From positions 64,001 to 128,000 of the IMG/VR virus record IMGVR_UViG_3300026484_000295: DNA of 64,000 nucleotides, one strand, 5' to 3'. Under the pieces are notes generated by a model. The model saw only the letters and a program-made list of their open reading frames with translations, searched no databases and had not been told where the DNA came from. The translations under genes were made by a program, and so were the position numbers. Every line of letters begins with the position of its first letter. Positions within the stretch are counted from its first letter, which is position 1. Of this stretch, positions 28,865-40,600 are shown piece by piece. This DNA comes from a virus.

Positions 28865-29527
28865 ATGAGTAAATATTTCAATAACACAGAGTCATTATCT
28901 ACACCTATTTCAGAAGTCTCAGAAGAAAACGACTCAATCATACCCACACATATTCAACAATTAGATGACAGCGGAAAATCTAATCTTCAATCAAAATTAA
29001 ATAGTACCTTTGATGATGAAATAAAGAGAGTTGCTTCTCAATCTGCAATTATAGATGATAGTATGGACGAACTCAAAAAAGTTACAGATTCATATACCGA
29101 AATTGAAAATGCTTTAAAAAAATTTAAACCATTAGAATTATTCGAACGTTTGAATCAAATAACATTTTTGATGATTGAAATGAGGAACAGATTGGATGCT
29201 ATTGAGAATCATTTGAAAATTGATGAAGAAAAACCACCAAAATCACCAATAGAACATTTTAATGAGTCTTCTTATAATAAAGATAATGATCTTATGAATC
29301 CAAAAGTTGTTAAAGAGCAATTAAATAATATACAGAGGGGAGGTATCCCAACCATACCCAATGAAAATTATATTGAAAATGGTGCAAATTTAGAAGAAAT
29401 GTTTCCTGGTAAACCAGATGAGGCATATCAAGCAGCATATAAAAGTTTAGCTGAAAATCAAGATAAATTAAATACTCAAACTACCTCAAAATCTCCAAAA
29501 GGAGGGATTCAAGGTATTAGATTCTAA
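28865..29527 (+). CDS. Hypothetical late protein
   Basis: 220-aa ORF with strong RBS and late promoter. Confidence 0.65.
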   Translation: MSKYFNNTESLSTPISEVSEENDSIIPTHIQQLDDSGKSNLQSKLNSTFDDEIKRVASQSAIIDDSMDELKKVTDSYTEIENALKKFKPLELFERLNQITFLMIEMRNRLDAIENHLKIDEEKPPKSPIEHFNESSYNKDNDLMNPKVVKEQLNNIQRGGIPTIPNENYIENGANLEEMFPGKPDEAYQAAYKSLAENQDKLNTQTTSKSPKGGIQGIRF

Positions 29528-29529
29528 AT

Positions 29530-30171
29530 TTACCACCCTTGGATTGTTTGTGAACCATCATTACCCCATGTTTTAGTCCACAAACTAGATGTAGAATTGT
29601 AACTCCAGCCTGTTGGATCTGGAGTTACTAATTTTTCCTTTTGTGAAAAACTTTCAGTATTACGAAATGACATAGGAAATACCATAATCTTATGACTGTT
29701 TAGATACGACTCCATCGTTTCTTCCATTTCATAATTAAGTGTTACTAAATAATCTATTTTTTTTAAAAAATCTTCCTTTTTATTTAAACTAGGATAAATA
29801 GATTTAATATTTAATTTTTCTTGTTTTAATTTTTTTATCTCATTAAATTCATCTCTAGTTGTTACGTAATGAAAATCTCTAGAAGGAAATAAGGGTATCA
29901 TATATTCTAATAAACGTTTATTAAATGGTAAAAAAGCAAATTGATCAGATATAGGACTATTAAATAAAACTGTCAATGTACGTTCTATTTCTCGTTTTAA
30001 TGCATATATCATTTCATCTGATAATTCTAAATCATCATCAGCAATAACTCCAATATTTAAATTATTAATTTGAATAGACTTCTTTGCAGGATTTATATCT
30101 TTATTTTTTTCTATATCTAAATTATCATCAGATCTACTGGTTATTTTATATATTAAATCTTTATAGTTCAT
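29530..30171 (-). CDS. Hypothetical late protein
   Basis: 213-aa ORF; TATAAATA at 30191-30198 on the minus strand. Confidence 0.65.
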   Translation of the reverse strand: MNYKDLIYKITSRSDDNLDIEKNKDINPAKKSIQINNLNIGVIADDDLELSDEMIYALKREIERTLTVLFNSPISDQFAFLPFNKRLLEYMIPLFPSRDFHYVTTRDEFNEIKKLKQEKLNIKSIYPSLNKKEDFLKKIDYLVTLNYEMEETMESYLNSHKIMVFPMSFRNTESFSQKEKLVTPDPTGWSYNSTSSLWTKTWGNDGSQTIQGW

Positions 30172-30273
30172 ATAGTAATCCTTTTTTCTTTATTTATACA
30201 TTGTCAATCTTTTTTTATAAAATATTTATTTTATTGAATAAATAAGATTAAATTAATTAGGAGTTTCGACATT

Positions 30274-30975
30274 ATGCAACTTAAAGAACTAAAAGCTATA
30301 TATGAAGCTAGAGATCAAAATGAAAATAGACTTTTTAAATATTGTTCATTTGAATGGATTTTAGATTTACTAAAAGACGGCCAAGTATATTCATATGATA
30401 AATCATTGAGAGATCAAAGAAAAGGTATTATTGATGGTAAAAACTGGATAGCATTAACAACTAAACGTAGTTCAACAATCAACCAATACTTAGAAGAATA
30501 TGGTACTATTGAAGTAACATTTGATAAGGAATTATTAAAGAAAAGTAACGAAATATTTACAGTTAGATATTCTACTGAATGGCTAGATAAAAGACCAAGT
30601 ATTTTATCATTTATAACAAAAGGCAAATATAAAAGTTCTAAAGATTATTTTAAAGAAAATTATAAAAATATAAATTGGAATAACACCGATAATTTTTCAT
30701 TAAAATTCTTTGATGATTATATGAATAATGGTATATTAGATATTGATTTGATTTTATCTGAAATGTCGGTTGCAGAAATTGAAGATTATATATATGATAC
30801 CAATTATATACCTTTTGAGAATTATATAAATTCTTTAGGAACCGAAGATGAATTAGTTATCGTTGACTCCCCTTTAACTTTAGTTAATGATGCAATTCTA
30901 CAAATTGTTGTTCCAAGACGTTATAAAGAAAAAATAAAAGAGTACGAAACAGAATATAAAATTCGATACGAATAA
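30274..30975 (+). CDS. Hypothetical protein, possible ADP-ribosyltransferase-like fold / internal head protein
   Basis: LFKYCSFEWILDLLKDG...IALTT...IEVTFDKELL...EDELVI; N-terminal MQLKELKAIYEA. Confidence 0.4.
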   Translation: MQLKELKAIYEARDQNENRLFKYCSFEWILDLLKDGQVYSYDKSLRDQRKGIIDGKNWIALTTKRSSTINQYLEEYGTIEVTFDKELLKKSNEIFTVRYSTEWLDKRPSILSFITKGKYKSSKDYFKENYKNINWNNTDNFSLKFFDDYMNNGILDIDLILSEMSVAEIEDYIYDTNYIPFENYINSLGTEDELVIVDSPLTLVNDAILQIVVPRRYKEKIKEYETEYKIRYE

Positions 30976-30978
30976 TTT

Positions 30979-31533
30979 TTAAATTACAGCTGATTTAACA
31001 CTTGAAAAATAATCAGTTGTGTTTTCATTAGAGGCCGTTGCTGCAGCACTAGTTAAAATATTGGTACTACTAGCCGTAGTACTTTGTCCTGTTGTTACGG
31101 AAACAACTCCGGCTCCAAGAGATGAACTGATTATAGCCTGACCACTTGAATCAGGCTCCATACCAAGTGCACCACCGATGGTATTTGTTGTTAGTCCTAT
31201 TCCATCACCTAATGTTGATGAAATGGTACCGATACCTGTATCCAATCCAGAACCTATAAATTTTCCTGCTTCCGCTATTGAAGGACCAGCTAAAGCCATA
31301 CCTAAATCAGCGATAGCATTTAACAAAGCATTATTGCCAGATCCACAAGGATCATTATTAACATCCCCAGAACCTTGTCCTCCTCCGGCACCACTAGGAC
31401 AAGGTTTTGCTCCTAACAGATTACGCATAGCAGAATCAGCCGTATTACCTAATATTCCAGTTATAGCTGAACTTGTTCCACTTGTCAATGATACTGATGC
31501 TAAGGGGGATAAAACATTGTCTGGATCAAACAT
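30979..31533 (-). CDS. Gly/Ser/Thr-rich hypothetical virion protein
   Basis: 184-aa low-complexity ORF next to the tube-like gene. Confidence 0.55.
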   Translation of the reverse strand: MFDPDNVLSPLASVSLTSGTSSAITGILGNTADSAMRNLLGAKPCPSGAGGGQGSGDVNNDPCGSGNNALLNAIADLGMALAGPSIAEAGKFIGSGLDTGIGTISSTLGDGIGLTTNTIGGALGMEPDSSGQAIISSSLGAGVVSVTTGQSTTASSTNILTSAAATASNENTTDYFSSVKSAVI

Positions 31534-31572
31534 AATTATTCCTTTTTATATTTATTTATCAATTATTTTGAT

Positions 31573-33177
31573 TTATATCCAAATAGGACTATTACCTTTT
31601 TTTAATACTCTAGGGGATGATCCCTGAATAACATTAAATTTTTCTACCTTAAATACAGCTTGTACAGTATATATAGTTTCATCACCTTCATCATCAGCCG
31701 CATCAAAATCAAAACTACTTAATACAGCATTTTCAAATTTATATTCTAAATGATTATTTGTTTCAACACTTAAATCATATATAGAAAATACAGGAATTAA
31801 TATCGAATCTCTTAAAAGAAAAGTACCAGTATTACCAACAGATTTATGATCCCATACATCACCAGTAAAATACGAATATAAAGTCGAAACTGTTTTATGA
31901 TCAACATCATCCCAAAATGTAACACTAACATCACCAATATTATATTTTACTGGGTATTGACGTTTAACATTAAATCGAATTTGTTCAATACTCTCTATAT
32001 CAACTTTAGGCCTATCTATGGTTTTAACCATCCAATCTAAATCCGATAATTTTGAAGGGAATTCTCCCATATATGCATGTTTATTTTTTGGCTGTATATG
32101 TTGGGATATTATTTTTTCCAATTCACCATCAGTATTAGCCATTTTTGCATCAAATTTTAAATAAGTACCTTCGTTTTTAGGATTTAATTTATTTGTTGTA
32201 TCTCTATAAATTTGATCTAAAATAAGGTCTTCGGCTGTTTTCTTTTTTAGTTCTTCTATCTTATGTGTAGCATCATATAATTGGGTTGCAGCATCTTGTT
32301 TTTCTCTAATACTTGCATTAGGATCATTAACAATTTTATTTAAATCCGCTATACGCTTCTTTTCAGCAGATATCTTTGCTTGAATAACGGCACGTTTTTT
32401 TGCTATTTCGGCATTCTCTTTATCTTTTTCAATATTCTTATTATTCGTTTTTAAATTTACCGCATCTTGTTCTTTTGCTACTTCAACACTATCAACCATA
32501 TCTTTATAAATTTCTGGGTAATCTTCAGCTAATTTCTCTTTTATTTTTTCTTCATTCTCCAATGATTCTTTATAAATATCTTCGCTTTTTGATACATCAT
32601 TTTCAAGAGTAGGTAGTTCATTTTCAGCAGTTTCAATATCGCTATCGTAATCTTCTATATCATCTTCTAAATTACCATTTTCAGTTGCTAAATTGTCATT
32701 TTCAGTTGCTAAATTGCCATTTTCAGTTGCTAAATTGCCATTTTCTTTCTCTAAAGCTTTTCTCTTAGCTACAACTTTTTCATATGCCTCATTTGCTGCC
32801 GCAATTTCTTCCGGAGATTTTGAATTATCGATAGCAACATTGTATAATTCCTTTTCCCGAACTTTTAAATTATCTATTTTATCATTATTTGTATCTATTT
32901 TATCATTATTTGTATCTATTTTATCATTATTTGTATCTATTTTATCATCATTTATATCTATTTTATTTTTAGCTATCTGTTTTTTGTTTTCCAATTTACT
33001 AATATCATTCTTTTTTTGTTGTAAATTAGCATTTGCATCCATAACATCTTGTTTGGCTTGAGTTGTTTTTTTACAAGCATTATCATAGGAAGAGCTTTTT
33101 GCTCTAATGGCGTTTTTTGCTTTTAAGGCATTATTAGTCGGTAATGGTTTTGATGGTGTTGTTGTAATAGTACTCAT
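31573..33177 (-). CDS. Tail-tube-fold baseplate protein (gp54/gp48-like) with long coiled-coil N-terminal extension
   Basis: C-terminal VKTIDRPKVDIE...KRQYP....GDVSVTFWDD...Y.FENAVLSSFDF resembles the gp19-type fold of 50164-50853. Confidence 0.65.
   Translation of the reverse strand: MSTITTTPSKPLPTNNALKAKNAIRAKSSSYDNACKKTTQAKQDVMDANANLQQKKNDISKLENKKQIAKNKIDINDDKIDTNNDKIDTNNDKIDTNNDKIDNLKVREKELYNVAIDNSKSPEEIAAANEAYEKVVAKRKALEKENGNLATENGNLATENDNLATENGNLEDDIEDYDSDIETAENELPTLENDVSKSEDIYKESLENEEKIKEKLAEDYPEIYKDMVDSVEVAKEQDAVNLKTNNKNIEKDKENAEIAKKRAVIQAKISAEKKRIADLNKIVNDPNASIREKQDAATQLYDATHKIEELKKKTAEDLILDQIYRDTTNKLNPKNEGTYLKFDAKMANTDGELEKIISQHIQPKNKHAYMGEFPSKLSDLDWMVKTIDRPKVDIESIEQIRFNVKRQYPVKYNIGDVSVTFWDDVDHKTVSTLYSYFTGDVWDHKSVGNTGTFLLRDSILIPVFSIYDLSVETNNHLEYKFENAVLSSFDFDAADDEGDETIYTVQAVFKVEKFNVIQGSSPRVLKKGNSPIWI
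32667..32745. repeat. 21-bp (heptad) tandem repeats encoding ENGNLAT
   Basis: Three to four copies visible. Confidence 0.85.
32871..32964. repeat. 21-bp (heptad) tandem repeats encoding DKIDTNN
   Basis: About four copies visible. Confidence 0.85.
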
Positions 33178-33179
33178 TT

Positions 33180-33866
33180 TTAAGAAGCCCTTTTATTAAA
33201 TTGATATTCATATTCATACATTCGATCAAGCATAGGATTTTCTTCTATAATAGGTATAAAATTATTATCAAATTGAACATCTTTTATATATCTATAATCA
33301 ATTATATACTGCATTATTGTTCTCATTTCTTCTGGAGCTTGTTCAACTATTAAATTAAAAACATCATAATTTCTAGTCCATTTGATATCATAATATAAAT
33401 CTTTATCTAAAAATTCATTATTAAAAATTTCTTCAAATAACGAATCTAGCACAACATCATCTTCATTTTCAAGAAATATAGTGAATATATCTATATATTT
33501 AAGATAGTTTAGTTGATCAAATTTAAAAAGACTATTTAAATATTTTCGCTTATCATTTATTATTTTATTAATATTGTTTATTTTTATTTTATAGTTGTTA
33601 ATTTCTCTTTTTATACGTAAATAATTTTCATCTTTTTCTAAAAGCTTATATTGAGATAAAACTATTTTATCTGGAATTATAGTTTTGTTGTTTATTTTCA
33701 TTTGTTCATATAAAAATAAATTGTGAAATAGATCTTTTTTTATTGATAGTACTTGATCATTCAATGTATTGTATTTGAATTCTAATGTTTCTAGTTCAGT
33801 AATATATATTGATAAAGTATTATCTATATTATCTAAGAGAAAATCTTCTTTATTGTAAACTTTCAT
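33180..33866 (-). CDS. Hypothetical late protein
   Basis: 228-aa ORF with AGGAG RBS; TATAAATA at 33888-33895. Confidence 0.6.
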   Translation of the reverse strand: MKVYNKEDFLLDNIDNTLSIYITELETLEFKYNTLNDQVLSIKKDLFHNLFLYEQMKINNKTIIPDKIVLSQYKLLEKDENYLRIKREINNYKIKINNINKIINDKRKYLNSLFKFDQLNYLKYIDIFTIFLENEDDVVLDSLFEEIFNNEFLDKDLYYDIKWTRNYDVFNLIVEQAPEEMRTIMQYIIDYRYIKDVQFDNNFIPIIEENPMLDRMYEYEYQFNKRAS

Positions 33867-33953
33867 TAGTTACTCCTTATTATAATTTATTTATACCAAT
33901 TAATAAGATTATATTATGAAAAGTTGATTTTGCAGCAGTATAGTGTATGAAGT

Positions 33954-33982
33954 TTTTATAGAAGGTCTTACCTTCTATAAAA
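33954..33982 (-). terminator. Hairpin, probable terminator
   Basis: TTTTATAGAAGG-TCTTA-CCTTCTATAAAA. Confidence 0.6.
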
Positions 33983-34012
33983 TAAGTTCTAGTGGATATG
34001 AATAGTTAAAAA

Positions 34013-34540
34013 TTAAGAAACAGTAATCTCTACTTGATAAGTAAATGAAAGTGTTCTATTTTCAGTTTTAGTAATACCATCAAATGTAATATGTGTTAAT
34101 TTTTTATTAGATATATCAAATAAACCCAATTCATTAAACTTAACACCATTAGCTTCTGTTGAACTAATAGTAGCATTAACTTCAATAATTTTTGAGTTTG
34201 GTTCAATTATATTATTAGCATCATCCGTAATATCTAAAACTTTGATACCGTTTCCAGATCCAACTACATCTTCCGAATGTGCAGCTTCAAATAATGTGTC
34301 CGTAGATACATCAGGAGTTTTTTCATTACCATCTACATCTTCTCCACCTGATCCAAATCTAATAGTTGCTATTCTATACGCATCAGCATTAGTTACATCA
34401 CCATGAACTGCTCCAAATGCTAATGTTCTAACAAAGTTATCTAATTTAATTTTGTTTCTTTTTTCAACAACTAAATCTAAGCCATCAAATACTTTTAATG
34501 TACCAATTACACTTGGTGTTGACATTTCTTTCATACTCAT
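34013..34540 (-). CDS. Baseplate wedge / fibre-attachment-type protein
   Basis: EANG..FNELGLF...LTHITF..I.K...R.L.F.Y motif; likely start MSMKEM downstream of TATAAATA at 34579-34586. Confidence 0.6.
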   Translation of the reverse strand: MSMKEMSTPSVIGTLKVFDGLDLVVEKRNKIKLDNFVRTLAFGAVHGDVTNADAYRIATIRFGSGGEDVDGNEKTPDVSTDTLFEAAHSEDVVGSGNGIKVLDITDDANNIIEPNSKIIEVNATISSTEANGVKFNELGLFDISNKKLTHITFDGITKTENRTLSFTYQVEITVS

Positions 34541-34631
34541 TTTGGTTCCCCTTGAACAATTTTTTATTTGTTTTATTTTATTTATATTCAAATACCTTTT
34601 TTTATTTTAAAAAAGATTTTTTTATTAAGAT

Positions 34632-37600
34632 TTAAAGATACACATTAGGATTTTCAGCATATGTTCCTTGTATTTTATCAATAATTCCAACTTCAGTATA
34701 ATCCCCGAATATTAATTCAACTATTGATGAAGTATTATCCTTAATAACCGTCATTGATTTAGCTATAGAACCATCTGTTCGTTCTTTATATAAATCTATT
34801 TTTGTTTTGTAATCTGTATCTAAGGACATATATTCATCAAACTTAAATAAAGCACTTGTTAATATATCATTATTTATATCTATATCTATTTTTTCATACA
34901 TACGATATTTAAAAATTGATTCGATAATTTGATTAATATTTGGATCCAAAATATCTATACTCTCTAATTTATATTTTTCATTATAACTAAATGTATGATT
35001 TTTAACTAAATCATCAAATGTATAAGATAACTTCATTTGTTCAGTTCTAATTCGTGCTTGTATTTTTTTATTATCTACTACCAAATATCTAGTATCAATT
35101 TTATCAATCATATTCATATTTAATGTTTCATGGAATGTAGTTATATATTGATAATAATCAAAACCAGAAACATCTTTCATTGATATATTTAAGGTATCTT
35201 TAAAATAATAATCAAATCCAACAATCAAATTATCATACACACCAGTTGTAATTTGAGATAAATCATCACCTTGTTGATCGTATTCAAATTCATTATATGG
35301 TATTTCATCATGGGGAATTTGTCCGACCCAAGTCTCATAAGGAACGTTATATCCAAAAGATTCCCATTCTTTATAATCCCATATATAATCATAATAACCA
35401 ACTCCATACATAAGATTATCAGAATTATTAATTGAGATAATATCTTTTGTATTTATTCTTTCCTGATTAAGAGATGTATTTAATACATCATCAGGATATA
35501 CTGTTAATGTATCTCGGATAAAAAATTCACTTATAATATTTAAATCATCGAATAGACCTAATGTTGCACTATTATCTATTGAATAATCATCATAATATTC
35601 CATACCAACATCAGCTTTTTCATGTATTACATTGTCTACACCATATCTATTCACAGTCCATTTTCTGGAAATATATAGTTGTTCATCTCTAAAAATAGAC
35701 ACATCTAAATTATCATTAAATATCATACCGTATTTTAAACGTTCGTATGTTCTTACTGATGCAATATTACCCTGCGGATCATTCACAACATTATATTGGA
35801 ATATTTCATTCATTTGCACATCAATGTCTGATGGATTATCGGCAGATTCATCAACACTCAATCTATTTAATATAAATCCTCTTATTTTATCTGTAAACCA
35901 TTTACCCGTTCCATATGATATTTGTTCATTACCAGCTTGAATAGTTAAAGAATCTGTAAAAGTTTTATCATCATTCAAATATAATTTATCACTTACTGTT
36001 ACATATATACTATCTTCTAAATTTAAAGTACGATATTCATCAATAAGAAGAGTATCTTTAATTTTAGTATTAATAGCATCATCATAAAAAATATTCGTGT
36101 CATAAATTTCTAATAAACTATCTGAAAACACAATATTAGTTTTTTCTTCTTCCAAATTAAATTTGGTTAGTAACCAATCTGATAAATTCACTTTAAACAT
36201 ACTTTCACTTATTTTAGCATCTTCAAAACCATAATCAAGGTAATCAGTCATTTGAATATTCATATAATTGTCTCTTAACTTGTAACCATACCAAACAGTA
36301 TCAAATATTGATATATTAGTTTTATTTTCAATATTTTCTTTTCTAATAATACTATTATCATGATTTTGAATATATAATTTATCTTTAAAACCAAATTCAA
36401 CAATTTTTAACTCGTCGGCTATTGATATATTTGTACCTATTTCATCTATTTCTATTTCTTCATAAATTAAAATTTTCTCAGTAAATGTTATCAATGCATT
36501 TGAATCATATAATAAATTCATAGAATCAAGTCTTAAATATTCTCTAAGCTCCGTAGTTATATCGAATTCTTCAGATATACCATGGAACATATGCGGCAAT
36601 TCATCATGACCAAATTTATCAAATTCTTGCCATATCCAAGGTTTTTTAACTATATTAATATATGTGGTTATCGAATCTATAATACTTACAGATACACTAT
36701 CCTTAATATTATTTGATATATCTTGCATTAAATAATCATATAAAGAAATATAATTATCATCATAAAATGTATCAGTCATAGTAAAAATTAAACTATCATC
36801 TAATTTTGATGTAATTGAACGTTCTATTGATTCATCAGTATAGCCCATTTGACCATACAAATCATGATATTCTGATAGTCGTCTATCATCAAATTCATAT
36901 TCTATTGCAACATCTTCTAAAAACGTTTTCTCTGTTTGTGAAATAACTAATGAATCACTATATATTTTATTAGACAAAACATCTATAAGTTTATCATTTA
37001 GCGATATTGTCATTCCATCTATAATAAATTTACTTTGATGTCCATAATATAATCGATCTAATAATGATACTTCTTGTTTTTCTAAATTTATTTGTTTTAT
37101 ACTACCATATTCATTTTCATTTAATAAAATAGTAGTTTTTTCAATCATATTAAAATAGGTTTTAAGATTTTCCATTAATCTAGTTCTTAAATTATCATCT
37201 TTATATTTAAGCAATACAAAATTATCCTCTTCAATTTTTATTGATCTTAAATAATCTCTATCAAATTTAGTCATACCTCTTTCTATTTTCATTTTATGCT
37301 TTGTATCAATATATACATTATCACTAATTTCTAATTTAAATAAGTTATCTCGCTCTACATTTGCAGCATTAATTCCAAAAATACCAACTATTGATTCATC
37401 ATTAATAATGCTTGCATATTTATCCAATGATACTACGTACTCTCTAAAGTCGTATCTTATATGTCTATTAATTAATGAATCGGTAATTTTATTGGCAAAA
37501 TATTCTTCAGAAATATTATCATTATCAATCTTTGAATATATTTCACTTCTTAAATTTTCATCAATTATATCAATAGTATAAAAATCTAATAGATTTATAC

Positions 37601-40600
37601 GAATTATATCCTTACTAAAAACATGTATATCATATAATAATGAATCTCTAACTCTTGCATTATGCATATCTGAACCAGGTTGATTAGCTCTATAAAACTT
37701 TTGTGAAATTAAATCACTATATGGATCTATTGGTAGCATTCGCATAAACCCAAAATCTATACGTATAATACCTAATGCATCAATTAATAAAGAATCTACC
37801 ATATTAGCAATTCTATCTAAATCAGCAGAGTTATGATAAAATTCATCGTATGCAAATTCATTATGTCCTGGTATAAATGTTCCATTATCAGTTATAAATG
37901 ATTCTCTTTCTCGTCCTGCCCAAATATGTATTTCTGTATGTATTGTATCAATTGGCTTTATCTGAATATTTTCACTTTCCACCATATCTAATTTAGCAAT
38001 ATATTTATCTTTTAATGAAATATCATTCATATCTAATAACTCTGTTTCAAAACCTTGTTCTAATAGTGAATCATAAACCATAGCACTTATATCCTGTCCC
38101 AATATTGTAGGATTGCTTTGATGAAAATATTCGTCAATAGCAAATTCATCATGTCCTGGAATATCAAGTACATCATATAGAATACATATATCAGTCCAAA
38201 TAGAATCCAATACAGCAATATTTAATTGTTCATAAAATTCGTGTAAAATAGTTTGATGCATTAAATCTTTCATACCGATTAATGTTGTTTGATCTTCAGG
38301 TCCAGAATATTCATCTAAACCATATAAATCCATAGGTAATTGTTCCATATCATAAAATCGAATATTAAATTCTGTATCAATGTCAATCAAATAATCTTCT
38401 ATAATATTTGTTTCCGTAACATCATCAATATCATTCATAATATCAATAGTAGGTATATAATCTATAAAATGTGATTCAATAATATTATCTTGTTCAAAAA
38501 TATTTTGTTTGATATGAAAATAATCATCAATATAAGTATCAACTACTTTCTCAAATTCATTTTCAGGTATGCATTCCCACCATAAATTTGCTAAATTAGG
38601 TGGAGTATATATAGATTCAGGTCTCTGCTTCCAAATTTCTTTATTTAGTACATACCATTCATCATCTATACCATATGTTTCATCATCCATAACCATCAAA
38701 TCATGTCCACCAACTTTTACACTTCTATCATAATCATATGGTATTTCATCATGGGCGCCACACAGTTTTAATCCTTCAGATGGAAAAATTACACCAATTT
38801 TAGATGTTATTATAGAACGGTCTATTGTTTGTATTCTAATGTTTTCACTAAACGCAGAAATAATATCGATGATATTTCTATCTCCTACCACAATATCTGC
38901 TTCTTTAGAAACTGCTTCTGCTGATGAACTTTCCATAATCTTAATAGTAAATATAATTTTATCTAAAACAGTATGAAAAGGTAAAAATTCATCAAATAAA
39001 TCTTGGACTATTTTCTCATAAATATCATAAGTTGCATCACCTTTACTATCCTTTATATTAATAGCCATAGATAAATCTAACATTGAAGATGCAATTACAT
39101 CTTCTGTAAATAATGCTAGTATCTTAGTTATTAAATCATAACGTTTGATATTAAATAAATAGTCAAAATAATGTTCTACTGGCTGCTTAATATTGTCTAA
39201 ATACGTTAATTCTTCAAGATCAGTTATTTCAAGATTTATGAATGAATTATATACTAAGTTTGAATCGGTTATTACTTTATAAATTTCATCTACATTGTTA
39301 CCTAAATCCGCAAGGAGAGTATGTTCTTTTATTTTATTATATTCCACAGATAAATTTGGATGATCAAATTGCTTTAATTCAAAATATATCACTTTTTTAA
39401 ATTCTTCAACAGTCTTTACATCATTCATAAGAATATAATTTGGTAAAAATCTCTCAACAAACCATCGAATTATAACTAAATTAACGCTTAATATATCAAA
39501 TCCCTGTTCAATAGATAACCGATTTAATACATCTAATACCTCAAATAAGTAATCTACAGGTTTATTTAGTTCATATTTAATAATATCTTCATATTCATTA
39601 TAATTATCAGAAAAACTAACATATGAATTAGTAATCATACTATAATCTAATAATCTATAATCTTTTTTAGAAAAAACACCATCATCAATAATAGGACGGA
39701 TTAACAATAACGGTTCTTTCCAATCAACAGACATTTTAATAAATCCATTTATATCTAAAATATCATATTTGAATGGTTTTTCAAAATGCACATGATTATT
39801 ATCTTGAATATCATTCCAGTCTGAATAATTTATAATTGGTTTATACGTTTCAATAGTATCTTTTTTTATCTTTTCTAATTCATCCGTAAAAATATAAAAT
39901 AACCGTTCTTTATCATACTGATTAAATGTCATCATTGAAACTTCAGAAACAATTGCATTATCAGCATTTTCTTTTATAAAATCAACAATATCTTTTAAAT
40001 TATTCTCTATCCATACATTATGAATCAAATAATAATCGAATTGTTCTAGTAAAAAATCATCTTCAAGATATTTTCTTATATATTCTATCAATATATTATG
40101 TATATTATTCGTATCTAAAGAAAAATGCTCATAATTATTATTTTTAAAAATATCAATCAAATCATCATATGAACCAGAAATCAATTTCGTCTCCATTAAA
40201 TCAGCAACTAATTCTTTTAATGTATCAACAATATAGATTGAAGATGGTAATACAGTTGAAACTCTAGCCCATTCAGATATGAATTTATTACGTTGAACCA
40301 TATAAACCGATGAAACATTTATATCATTTGAAATGGCTTTTAAATTTGACTTTAAATATGATTCCAATCCTTTTAAAGACGAAGTATTCGTTTTAAACAT
40401 TAAATATGGTTCTTCTTCTAAATTTTGAGGTTTTGCATTATTAATATCTATATCTAATTGTTCACCCAATAAATTATGTTGTTGTGAATCATTAATTTTA
40501 TCCTGTCCTCTCCCTAACATATATACATTATCAGGAATCATCATAGATGAATAAATATTTTCTCTACCAAAAAATTGACTGTTAGAATTTTGAGGTAATA

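Noticed and set aside
33180-33866. UvsY-like recombination mediator
   Set aside because: The resemblance is only generic coiled-coil similarity, and both the length and late-gene context do not fit.
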